The notes under the pieces were generated by a model. The model saw nothing but the letters and a program-made list of their open reading frames with translations, was not told the DNA's origin and ran no database searches. DNA of 64,000 bases from Amoebophrya sp. A120 (lineage: Eukaryota > Protista > Dinoflagellata), in NCBI GenBank assembly GCA_905178155.1, contig CAJINV010000012.1:2333407-2397406 (forward strand), given 5' to 3'. Below are positions 50,677 through 62,439 of the stretch, one piece after another. How positions within the stretch are numbered: position 1 is the stretch's first letter; each line of letters begins with the position of its first letter. The position numbers and the translations under genes were made by a program.

Positions 50677-52649
50677 TACAACTTTCAGCACCAGATAATT
50701 CTAGCGTGGACCTCCGCCCCAGATGAAGGCCGCGAGCACTGCTCGCCGACTCCGATGTGAGTAGCTGGCCCCTGCTCCACCAGCTAAATTATCAATATCT
50801 TCGTCTTCCCTATTCCACCTCCTTCTAGCTACTACTAGGAGCGTCGCTTATTCTAATTCGAGGGATGAACGGGGGGGCCCTTGCGGCTGTGGCGGAAGAA
50901 GTGGGCAAGATTTTCATCGTTCGTAGCGGTTGCAATGTCCTCGCCCTCGCCGTTTTGGAGGAAATATAGGTCCCCGTGATCGGCATCATGGAGTGCATCT
51001 TCATCTTCATCTTATTGTTGACATGATTAATATACGATGTCACAAGTCACAATCTTAGCTCCACCACGACCTTCATATTGAAGCTCTTATGGTGTTTCGT
51101 TTCGCGTTTCCGACGACCAGTGCACACAGGTGCCATCTTCGTTCAGCTCTCAGAGAACTTGACGTCCGGTGGAGCCGCAGCTGCACCATAGGCTCTCATG
51201 ACAGCCGCACGACACACGTGCAAGAACTGTCCTGACTCTCTTCATGCCGCGGCCTGACAACTCGCTCGTCAAAGTTCTACTTACACAGGAGCATCGAAGA
51301 TGATCGGTATGCGCTTTTTTTACTTTTGCAACCGCAACAGTGCTGTCGTTGAAGAGCCACCCATTGATTGAAGATAGAGATGATCATACCCTCTGCGCCA
51401 GTGACTCTCGTCGGGAGACAGAAAATTTTTTGAACAGCAAGAAATATTGTTGCTTTTTTGAAGAACACGAAACAGCCGCCAGCCCGCACGAAACAGCCTG
51501 CCGCAACAGGTCGATTTTGCGAGAACCGCAAAACGGCGACTACACTGTGCTGTTTTTTTTTTTTCAATGTGGGAGCAGGGAGTAGATATATGGTTGTCAC
51601 AAGTTGTCCTCGTGTTTCGCGTGTCGATGTCGTCGAATATTTTTTCCAAATTTGGGATACAATAAATCTCGTCCTGCCGCGAATAATTCTTATGTATTTG
51701 ACACGAATTTCAATTTCTATGAGTACGTTTTTGAGTACGAGGAGCCGCAGCGATAGCCCGTGCAACTAGTAGCTACAGAAGTAGTAGTAGAACTTCAACT
51801 TCTAATTGCATTCCCTTCCTCCTCCTCCTCGATACAACATGTGCCACCCAAAGAGAAGCTGCGATACTACTCGGCGATCGGGTTACAACCGCGGTAGGAG
51901 TTGGTTCGGAAACGTCGTGTCACGAAAGTCTTAGGACAATTTGATAAAAAACTCTTACTTCCTGGGATCCTCGTCTTTGTGGGTGGTGCGTGGTGGATTT
52001 CAGTTTGGATAAGGATTATACTCTACTTGCGGTCGTGAGGACAGTCATTCGCGATCGTGTTGGGTCGTCATCAAGCAGGGGAGCTGCAAGAGACTAATAC
52101 TACTTAATATTTTAATAACCGCGTAGGCAAGTTGTGTACTAGAAATACTAGCACGCGTTAGTGTAACAAGATATGAATCAGAATCTCGAAAAGAAAAAAT
52201 GTACATTTTGTGTGAAGAAGTATTGACTCTTATGCAACAATGGAAGAAAAAAAAAGGAGTTTGTTACTCTGTGTAGGATAATTTTAGTAAAGAAATTTGC
52301 GTTCATTTTACCAACTTGAGATGTACATAGGATTAAAAAACGAGTAGTTTGAAATAGTAGAATTTGGATAAAAACGATAAAGAAACTGAAACTGAATACA
52401 AACTGGAGTGTCAAATTTTTATCTACGGAATAAAGAACGAGCCTTGATGTCGTGGATATTTTGTCTGAATTATCACGAAACACGGCCAGTAAGGGGCTAC
52501 TGAGTTTGTCGATGATCTTATTCGCGGTTGCACTTCATCTGCTGAAGCTGATGTCTCAACATCTTTACTTCTACGCCGCGATAGAAATAGTCATGTTCTA
52601 AAATGGATCATCAAAAGTAGTAGTAGACCGTATTCTTAATATAACAGTT

Positions 52650-55435
52650 TTAGCCCTCCATAGACGCGCCGATCCGGCTGGAGGTTCCGAGGAAATCTCC
52701 ACTGTACGCTCCGGAGTTGTAGTCGCCCAGGGTTTTTCGGAGCAACGGGCTGCCCACCGGGGCCGGCGGCGGGCCCACGCAGAGGGAACCGACTGGGGGA
52801 ACGTACTTCGGGTCCACTTCGTTCAAGATGTCATGCATGGTTTGCTTCGCAAATTCGAAGTTGTTTGCGTGCGGATGCGCATCGATCTCAGGCTCATCGG
52901 GGTCGTGCACCTTGTAGTCGGACTCGGCAACACCTGAAGATTTTTGTAAATCCACTTACGCATTACAAATCCCACCCTAGTAGAGCTAGAGGCACATGAT
53001 CCGCATTACAAATGCCATTTCTCGTGCAGCTCAGGGAATTTGTCATGCTCATGCAACAACTATCATATCCATCGTGTTAAACAAGTTTTATTTGATCGTA
53101 TCTATACCCATAATAGCCTGTCGCACGGTTTTCATGACGCCCTTGCTGGTGTCGGTTTTCGCGATGATGTCGGAAATTTCGAACTGGAGTGTTGAGATCT
53201 GGTGGCTTATCGTAAAGAAAAATCCCCCCTCCCCATATCGAAAAGGCACGCCTCAGAGAATTCGCGATGCTGATTTGTGACCGCAAATCGTGTCTGTCTT
53301 GCAAGAAAGCAACGGCATATGCTCCGCCCCATTATGCAAGCGCTTTGTAATGCTGTTGGACCTACCGCATAGATAGACATCCCTCATGCTACTTGCCGAG
53401 GCCAGAACCTCTCTACATTGGCATGGTATGGGCCTGCAGTCCTCCACTGCAAGACAGAGCTGATTTGTGTACACAAATCCAGCAACAGAGGTTTACGGCT
53501 CGATATGGGGAGGGGGGATTTTTCATTTTGATATGGTTCTGTTTCTCGATCACGCTGCCCATCTCGCTTAAACTGGCTTCGTGTCGCTTCTTATGAAAGT
53601 GCACAACTCCGCCTCCCCCTCATTTGTCATGCAAAATGCCTAATTTACGCCTTGGCTCTTGGCACTGTTTGCATGACAAGTAGTTCTAGCAGTCCAAATA
53701 GCACTACAATCGTGTCCAAATTTGTCATGCAAAACCGGTAATCTTGTTGATGCTTGTATTGCTGTTCATGCAATACAAATGAGGGGGAGGGGGAGTCGTG
53801 CACTTTCATACTTCTCCATGGCCTCTAACTTCTTCTGCAAAGCCTCTTCCCGCCGGTCCATCAGCGCTTGGCAGTCTCGGTGCAGTTGGTCGATGTCCTC
53901 TTGCTTGCTGTTATAGTGGGTTTTTTGTAAAATTGGAAATGCGCATGAAGATGAAGATCATCATCTTCACGGAAGTATATAAAAGTCGACTATTAGAAGT
54001 AGTTCCTCTTGCAGAAGGAGCCCCGCGCAGCATGGAAAAAAGGTGAAATTGAAGACAGATGAGATATCGATATCAAAGTAGAAACAACAAGATGTTTATG
54101 AAAATAATCTTATTATACCCCTCCAACTTCCTGTCGCTAAAGGTCTCGAATGTGTATCCCTTCCAGCTGGCGAAGACGGCGGACTTCAGCCCGCCCGAAC
54201 TCGTGGTCATGTACTTGGATATCCTATGTAAAAACGTCCCCACACCAGAGTGAACATGGGGAATGCGCTAGACAAATCAGCCAGCTTTGGTTGTTTCGCA
54301 TGACAAAGTTGGCTTCGTATTGTAATCCTATTCAGGTAGTGTAGCAGCATCACAGATCTACCACATCATGCTGATTATAGCATCACAAATTCCAAAACAC
54401 GACTAGAAAATGCTTCTCGTGGGGCTCCGCATGAGAAATTTTTTTGGCATGCAGATTGGCATGACAACTATGGAGTGGGGACGTTTTTACTCAGGATATT
54501 GGAAAAATTTTCCTTTTTCGTCGAGATGTACTTTTCCTTCCAGAAGTTGTTTACCTCGTACAACTATGCACTACAAATATGTCGGGGTCGGGAAATAAAA
54601 TGTTGTGATGCAAGAAAGGGAATAGAAGTCAGCGCACTGCAATGCGCTGCCCAGCATGACAAGTTTTTCCGTGCCTCTGAGTTGCGTACTCCGAATGAGA
54701 GGCTGCGTTTTTGCATGACAGACAGGAGGAGCTCTACCTCGCGGCCACGCAATACAGAGTTCAGAGTCATGCCGAACTAGCATGACAAATCTCACAATCT
54801 CCCAGACCCAGACATATTTACAATGCATAACAGCTCGGCCAACGTGGCCAACATTCCGTCAATCGAGGTGCAAACGGTCGTCGCGCGCTCCCACTGGTTT
54901 GCCAGTCGGTCATTGGCCTGGAATCGCTGGGGAATCGAGACCTGCTGTCCGGGGGCCGCAGGATTTCCGCTGTTGTTGCCGGCCTGGGAATTGGCCTGGG
55001 ACGAAACGGGGCTGTAGTTTTGTTGTGTAGTTATTTTACGATAGATTGATTTTGCGATGAACAAATTTTGGAACAACAGGATAAAAGTTGTACGTAAAAA
55101 CAAAATCAAAACAAAATCTTGCCGGAACTACTTGCTTTGATGACAACCGCAAGATAAATCGTTCTATCGTGAGGACCAGCTGCACGACACCAAAACATCC
55201 AGACTAGTTAGTACTGTGCAGGAAAGAGCTTTGTTACACCGCTCGCCGTGCGGGAAGTAAGATCGTGAACAATAGGTCGTATCAAGAAACAAGTATAATC
55301 AAAATCCAATCAATACGCTCCTGCAGTGCTGGTGGTGGGTGACTGCGCGACGGAGACGTTGAGGCGGACCGGCTGGATGCCTTGCAGCGGCTGCATCTGC
55401 GGCACCTTCAGCGGACCAGGTGGTATGGAAGCCAT
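52650..55435 (-). CDS. Hypothetical coiled-coil protein with 4 introners and ~3 canonical introns
   Basis: Putative ATG at 55435 (MASIPPGP..); spliced frame ..LAEL|YEVNNFWKEKYIS..FASWKGY..KRHE..QAIMG|VAESD..; some canonical junctions not resolved. Confidence 0.65.
52934..53107 (-). other. Canonical GT-AG intron containing a family-A introner core remnant
   Basis: G|GTATAG...TTCAG|GT; interior ATCCGCATTACAAAT..ATTTCTC..GCTCAGGGAATTTGTCATGC resembles the family A core. Confidence 0.75.
53208..53533. mobile_element. Introner family B
   Basis: B-type TIRs; DR TGGCT/TGGTT. Confidence 0.9.
53592..53810. mobile_element. Introner family D
   Basis: D-type TIRs; DR CTTCT. Confidence 0.9.
54220..54498. 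mobile_element. Introner family F
   Basis: F-type TIRs; DR TTGGA. Confidence 0.9.
54565..54829. mobile_element. Introner family E
   Basis: E-type TIRs; DR ACAAC/ACAGC. Confidence 0.88.
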
Positions 55436-56831
55436 TTTTCGACAAACCTTTTTTGTTCTACTTTCTCCGTACTAACTCCGACGATGAGTCAGTCGTGCGA
55501 AAAAAATTTTACGGGATTTCGTCCTGCTGTGATAGCAATGTCAACGAATGGGTCTGATACAGTCGTGAGAAAGAACTATATCAGTGGTTCTTCTACTACT
55601 ACTTGGGGGTATTAATTGAGAAAGGGGCGTGTTTGTTTGTCAGCAACGAGCGCGACGAAACAACAACTGTACCAAAGGTTTTGGCGACAATATTTATAAT
55701 CATAATGTGACGCTAGTAGTGCAGCTGTTGCCGAGAAACAAAATAGAAAGAAAAAAACAGTTATCCGGTGGTTGAACGAGAAGTAGGACGGTATAATTTG
55801 TTCTTATTTTTGATGGACGAAGAGCGGGCAAGTTGGAAGTAGTTGCACGTAAGAACGACGTCAGTATACTACAATTACAGCCGTCACGTCGACGAGACCG
55901 ATCTGGGCATTTTTCCGTGAAAAAAAAACCGAAACGCATGTCCTCAACGAGACCGAACTGTGCCGGTTTCTGCGATGAAAAAAAAGCCTAGCGTCAATAA
56001 ACCGACCATGTTCTTGATATATTTGCTTTATTTCGACGAAAAGGAGAAAACGAAACCGATTCCTTGTGTCGTGCTCCTTTTCAATTTTTGATTCTATTGC
56101 ACAAAGAAAAAGTGTACGCAATTCTACGTACAACTACCGAGTGAGATGAGAGACCTTCTCGTACTACTACTAGTTCCAGTTTTTTCGCACCGACACACAC
56201 ACTCAGCATGTCGAAATTATACAAATACGTAAAAACGAACCGCACATCATGGGCTCATAATTGTTCAGAGTGTAACGACCACGACCGTAAAAGTTGCACT
56301 TCTGTCTTACTTCATCGAAGACAAGCAGCATGTAGCGTCAGCTCGCAAATAAGGATTTGCTCCTCGAGAGCTATTATTTCATTCCCCGTTCGACGAGTTG
56401 TATACCATGCGACAATGACATGAATATCCTCATCGACATCGACTCATGCACATATGGAAGCGTAAGCGAGCAGCTTGCCTTAGTTGTAGAAGCAATCAAG
56501 TGCATCCAACGCTAGCTGCAGAAAGTAACTTTGAAACTTAAAGAAGAGATGCATAGAATGGGAACCTTCGAAGAAGGAAAATTTCCATGCCCAAAAAACT
56601 ATGCTGTTTCTCTTTACCGAATGAATTGTCGAAGTGAAAATGTGGAGCAAAATTGTGTGTCGACTATGTTGTGCCTGTGTGGCGGTGTACATCTACATCT
56701 AGAAGCACATGCATGAATGAATGATCTCCCGCAAAGGCAAAAAAAACCTCGATCTGTAGTTCATCGGCAGAAGTGTTGAAAAATATCCTTTTGCTTTTAT
56801 CGGAGATGGACCAGCAGCATATGAAGATCCT

Positions 56832-59800
56832 TCAGGACAGCGCAAAGTCAAGGTCCTCCTCACTCATGATGCCGCCCGGCCCTCCGCTCAATCCCGACAG
56901 TGGCGCGGCGGTTGAATTAGAATTATGCAGCTGTATCCTATTTAAAAACGTCCCCACCCCATAGCTGTAATGCAACTCTGCATGCTGAAAATGTGTCTCA
57001 TGCGGAGCCCCATGAGAAGCATTTTCTAGTTGTGCTTGGCAATTTGTCATGCTCCAATCAGCATGGTGTGCTATATCTGTGATGCTGCTGAGCTAGCTTA
57101 AACCGCACTACAATACGAATCCAAATTTGTCATGCAAAACAGCCAAAACTTGTGGATTTGTCTAGCCGATTCCCCATCTTGAGTATGGTGTGGGGACGTT
57201 TTTACTCAGGATAAGCTGCGCACCATCGTTCCCAGAAGTGGTCCGTGCCATCATCGCGGAAAAGTGAAAGCTCTTCGGGGCTTCCACCGCAGATTGGGTT
57301 TGCTGATAGGCCGTCATCTTGTGCTGGTATGAAGATTTCTGACGTCGTGTATTTTTACCGCGAGGACCAGGACCACCACCTCCTCCGCCCTTATTTTTGT
57401 ATCCGTACTTCTTCGCACGCGCACCATAATCCTCCTCCCCTGTGAAATCAGAAATCCGTATCTGATTTTTGTTCCTCATCAAAGACGTTCTTGGAGGTGC
57501 AGCTTGTGGAGAAGAATAAAGAACTCCGCCGCCTGCAGCTCCATCCATCGCCGTAGCCCGGAGTCGGTCGTCCGTGGTCATTCTCTGAAGAAACTCCTCG
57601 CCTTTATTCTTGTCCCTTTTGTTTAGCATCATCCCTGGCTTGCCTTGATGTTTTTGTTGGGGTGTAGTCAACGTCTGTCGTCCCGTGAAAGTAGTTTTTT
57701 GCTCTTCTTGCTGATCTGTCGCTGTCTCCTCTGCTGGGTGCTCAAGATCTCGTTCTTTTGCCTCTTTCTCGCGCTTTCGTATCAAATGCAAAAATGTCTG
57801 GGTCTGGAAGAGCGCAGCTTTGTCATGCACATTTTCCATGATCCATGATGTCTGTGATGTATGCCATAGCATCACAGATGTTTTGAGCGCTTATCTATGC
57901 GCATTCCGCACGACAAATGCCCTCTCCGCGTAGCCAAATTTGAATCCTCTTGGTGGTCATGCAATACAGGTTTTTTTAGCATCCAAATGCAGCATCACAA
58001 GTTTGGCTCTTCCAGACCCAGACACTTTTACATTTGATATTTCGTCTCCCCTCCACTTCCGGACTGTTTTTGATCATCTGTCCCCGCAAATAGGCAGGTC
58101 CGCCCTTCTATGCATTGCAAAAGCGTCTGGGTCTGGAAAAATACAACTTGTGATGCTACTTTTGGAATCTACATAAAATCTGTATTGCATGAACAGCAAA
58201 AGAGGTGTAATCTGTGCTGCGCGGTGATGGCGTTTCTCATGCGGTATGAGCATCAGAAAGCCCTCGCAAAATCTCTGATGTTAGGGCATGCATCACAGAC
58301 CTCATGGGTCATGCAAAATCTGCATGACAAACTCCTGCATTCTTCCAGACCCAGACATTTTTACATTTGATACTTTCCGGGGCTCATCTACATATTGATC
58401 CGCAAAAAGACCGGCAGCCAAGTTCTGATTGTTGTTGATATGGATGTGTCAGGATCGAAATCGTCAAAGTTGAAAAAATAGTTTGTCATGCATAAAACCG
58501 ACACCAGTCGGATGCCCACTTATCAAGCGGCGCATGACAAATTTGCGCAGCACCGGAATCCAGTTTGTCATGCTGTTTGGACCCAGAAGACTGCTTTTGT
58601 CATGCAGCTTTAGCAGGTCTATTTGAAACCCTAAACAGGCTCACAATCGGCCTCGCTTGCCATCCTGGCAAGAGAGGCACTTCATGCCTTGCATTTGATG
58701 CATGGCAAATCATTTCAACTCTGTCGATTTCAAACCTGGCGCTTCCATAGTTGATCTGTGCGTAGTACTCTTCTTTTTCTAACTGTTTCAGCTGTCTCCT
58801 GTCAAATGTAAAAATGTCTGGGTCTGGAAACTTGTAATGCTGCGTTGGGAGTAGTGAATGCTCTGCAATGCACAGCCAAGCATGAGAGATATCTGCGCTT
58901 CTTTGTGTTGCGTTTTTCGCATGACAGACTGCGTTTTTGCAACACAGGCAAGAGGGTCTCTTCTTGGACACGCATCAGAAGCTTTTTAGTCATGCCAGAC
59001 AAGCATGACAAGTCTCGCAACCTTCCAGACCCAGACATTTTTGCATTTGATATCTCCCCAGTTCGAGCAGATTTTTTTCCGGCGGCGTCTGCCCAGGCCG
59101 TTCGTCCCGAATCTCCTTGTAGCGATCTACAACTTCCTATCAAATGTAAAAATGTCTGGGTCTGGAAACTTGTGATGCTGTGTGGCATATCATGAGGAGG
59201 CGACAATTGCTGGCTCAGCATGACAAGTTTCTGAGCTTCTAGGTGTTGCCTATTCTGCATGACAAACTACGTTTCTGCATGACAGAAAAGTGGGGCTCTT
59301 TGGTAATGTGAATAACAGATTTAAGAGTCATTCCAGACAAGCATGACAAACTTGCAGTCTCTCTTCCAGACCCAGACATTTTTACATTTGATACTTCCTC
59401 CTCAAAAACGAGGTGGCCTTCCGTTTCGTGGTCGCATTCGAGAGGCAGGACGCGAAGGATTTTGACCATCCATTTCATTATCTCCTGGCTCGTCGGCTTA
59501 CGGTGGATAATTTCCGGGTTGTAGGCCTGATATTGTTTATTTCTTTTATTTTTTCCGACTTAGAAATATTTTTACTTACTTCGAGGGCCCGCTCTACTAG
59601 AAGTTCCTTTCTCTGTAGTGAATGAACTGCATCTTGAATTTCACCTTGAAGAACTGCAAATGTTTGAAAAGCAAAACGGCAAAAACAGATACGACGTATC
59701 GAATGAACCACGATTCAGTTCTTGATGTAGTACTCGGGTATAGAAGTACAAATCAGTTTGATCATTCACATTCTGATTCATCAGTATAAAATAGAACGAA

Positions 59801-62439
59801 GCTGCTCTTGTTGTTTTACTAAAAGCACTAGTGCGTACCTCTTCCACCAGGAAGGCAAACACCCTCCGGATGGTATGCAGGTCCCACCCTGTTTTCAGCA
59901 AGTCGTAACACCGCTCCGCCATGAAGCCCGTGCTTTTCTCATATCCTGTGCAAAAGTATCGCACTCGTATTGTAATCATGCATTACAAATCCTGTTCTTA
60001 AGGCAAAATAGCACTACAAATTATATTTCTCATGCTGAGGAAATTTGTATATGCATTTATACGAATACGATACTTTTGCAATTCATATCTCACTTCGATG
60101 ATAGATTCGTTGAATCACGTCGATGAAAAGCACCCGCAGTTCCGTAATCCGGTTCTCGCTGTTCCGAAAATTGGCACTCACGTCGACCTATCCACTTCAA
60201 ATATGTCTGGGGCTGGAAGCTTGTGATGCTAAAATGTGCATGATGAAAACACTTCGTTATGCAGGAATACATGACAAGTTTTCTGCAGAGCGCTTCCTCA
60301 TACGAACCCCGCATGAAGAAAAACTGCGTTTTTGTATGACGTCAGAGGCTGCAGCCACTTTTGTTGGATCTTATGCAATACAGATTTGTTCGCAGGAATG
60401 GAAGACCAGAATTACAAGTTCCAGCTTGAGCTTTCCAGAGCCAAACATATTTGCATTTCATACGACCCACTTGATCAGGTCGGCCACAATGGTCAGGAAC
60501 GGTCGGGAACCGTCCTTGTAGACCAGGGGGTTCAGAAAATTCAGCTGCAGGTCGACACACTCGTCGATGCTTCTCGTCTGCAAGTTCATGAGGTCGATAA
60601 TGGCTTGCAACTTGTCATCAACCGACGAGGCCAGGGAGTACCTGCAGATGTGATTCAACACCAGCTGTATCCAGTGCAAAAATGTCTGGGTCTGGAAGCG
60701 CGGAACTTTGTCATGCTCGGCTTGCATGAATCTCAAGTCTGTCATGCACGTTACCCAAAAGCTCCAATTTTCTGTCATGCAAAAACGCAGTTTGTGATGC
60801 TGAATAGACAACACGTAGCAAGTCAGAAACTTGTCATGCTGAGCCGTCACTTGTGGCATCCTTATGATTCGCAACGCAGCATAACAAGTTTCCAGACCCA
60901 GACATTTTTGCAATCCATAAGCTGGCTGCACTTGGTCAGATCCTCGTCCGTGCGCTGTGGATTCACGATTCGCTATCCTGATTAAAAACGTCCCCACACG
61001 ACCAGAGTAAACAAGATCGGAAGTCTGCTAGACAAATGCAAATCAACCGGGTATGGTTGCTTGGCATGACAAGTTCTGTGTCCTCGCAGTGTGATCCCGT
61101 TTAGCTAGTTCAGAAGCATCACAGATCTAGCATAGCATGCCGATTCTAGCATCACAAATTCCAAAACACGAATGCAAAATGAGCTCCGCATGAGGAACTT
61201 TTTTGGCATGCAGAATTGCATCACAACTATGGGGTGGGGACGTTTTTACTCAGGATATCCGCTTTCGGAAATTGGTGGCCTCCTTCTGCGTATCAAAACC
61301 GTAGACCATCTGTTCTTGCGTCCTCATCCTTGTAGAAGAAAAAGCCGCATCAACCGCGTGGACCGCTGCTTGATTGGAAATGCGGTTATTCATCATGTGG
61401 TGCTGCCTAGAAGTAATATCGTTGTGCTGCAAATAAAATTCCTGGCCCGCAAAGCCACCCGACATGCGCTCGTGTGGTAGTTTGTGGTCTTTGTTCGTCC
61501 GTTTATTCAATCTCGTGGCAGCGGCGGCGGGTGGTTTGTTTCTTTCCCGTGCTTCGTATGCGTTATCGATTGGGGGGGAGAAAAAAGCAAACTCCGCTGC
61601 AGATTCCCGAATTGCGTAGTTCTTTGCCGGGTCTTCATGGAGGTCGTGATCACCCTCAACTCCGGGGATCTGCTCTGCTGCGGAGTCGCGAGGACCTTGC
61701 TTTCCGACAGTGCCAGTTTGACTCGTCGGGAAGGCAGACGTATGGCGTTCTCAAACTTTACACTCTCAGCTGTTACATGATTTGTCATGCAAAAACACTA
61801 TGACTCTCCACACGATCAAGCCTTCTTCGCATGACAACTTCTCGACGCGCTAAATAGCACTATAATCCGTCCCAAATCCGTAATGCAAAAGGCGCAATCT
61901 TCCTCCTTTCACTTTTTCCCTTCTTGCATTGCAAATTCGTGTAACAGTTGAGAATGTAACGTTTGAGAACGCCATAAGACGAAGCCGGCTCGTCGAACTT
62001 CTGCCGGGGCTTGAACCGAAACACGGGCGCCCCCCCGGCGCCTGGGGTAGTGTATGAAAGCCTCAGAATGGAAATCCTCAAAATGGAAATAATTTGTGAT
62101 GCATGAAATGCAAGGCAAAAAAGACTGTATTGTAGAGGACACAATGGAGGCCGACTATTGTCCTGCTAGGTGTCGTGCAGAATAGGGCTGCTGATTAGCA
62201 CGACAGAAGGGCTGCACCCCTTTGCCTAACTAGCACGACAGACACGTTTTGAGTGCCGGGGAAATTTGTCATGCGCCGACTACAAATGGCGCTTCAACTG
62301 GAGTCGTTTTTTTGCATTACAAATTACTATTTCCACTTTGAGGATTTACAACCTGAGGTTGTCATATAGTGGAAGCTTGGTCCACCTTCTTCCTGCCGCT
62401 CAAACAGGGGGAAGCCTTGCAAGATTCGCAGTTGCCCAT
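56832..62439 (-). CDS. Hypothetical protein with N-terminal MGNCxxC acylation-like motif; 12 introners plus canonical intron(s)
   Basis: ATG at 62439 (MGNCESCKASPC); frame restored across all 12 element junctions; canonical junction(s) around 59500-59840 not resolved. Confidence 0.7.
56934..57213. mobile_element. Introner family F
   Basis: F-type TIRs; DR AGCTG. Confidence 0.9.
57780..58039. mobile_element. Introner family E
   Basis: E-type TIRs; DR TTTCG. Confidence 0.9.
58109..58372. mobile_element. Introner family E
   Basis: E-type TIRs; DR CCTTC/CTTTC. Confidence 0.9.
58439..58749. mobile_element. Introner family C
   Basis: C-type TIRs; DR GTTGA. Confidence 0.9.
58800..59052. mobile_element. 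Introner family E
   Basis: TGT-start variant; DR TCTCC. Confidence 0.9.
59138..59393. mobile_element. Introner family E
   Basis: E-type TIRs; DR CTTCC. Confidence 0.9.
59942..60087. mobile_element. Introner family A
   Basis: A-type TIRs; DR TCTCA. Confidence 0.9.
60189..60462. mobile_element. Introner family E
   Basis: E-like TIRs; DR CGACC. Confidence 0.88.
60668..60919. mobile_element. Introner family E
   Basis: E-type TIRs; DR AGCTG. Confidence 0.9.
60974..61257. mobile_element. Introner family F
   Basis: F-type TIRs; DR TTCGC/TCCGC. Confidence 0.9.
61741..61976. mobile_element. Introner family N
   Basis: TATGGCGTTCTCAAAC..TACA.TCTCA.CTGTTACA TIR; DR AGACG. Confidence 0.9.
62053..62366. 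mobile_element. Introner family C (diverged)
   Basis: C-like TIRs; DR TAGTG. Confidence 0.85.

Noticed and set aside
14553-62366. CRISPR-like or REP arrays suggested by recurring ~30-bp repeats
   Set aside because: The repeats are inverted pairs bounding homologous bodies with 5-bp DRs inside eukaryotic genes; there is no constant spacer length and no cas gene
9205-62371. Universal AG acceptor formed by terminal ATA plus a G from the DR
   Set aside because: The first DR base on the coding strand is G in only a subset of copies; A, C and T all occur
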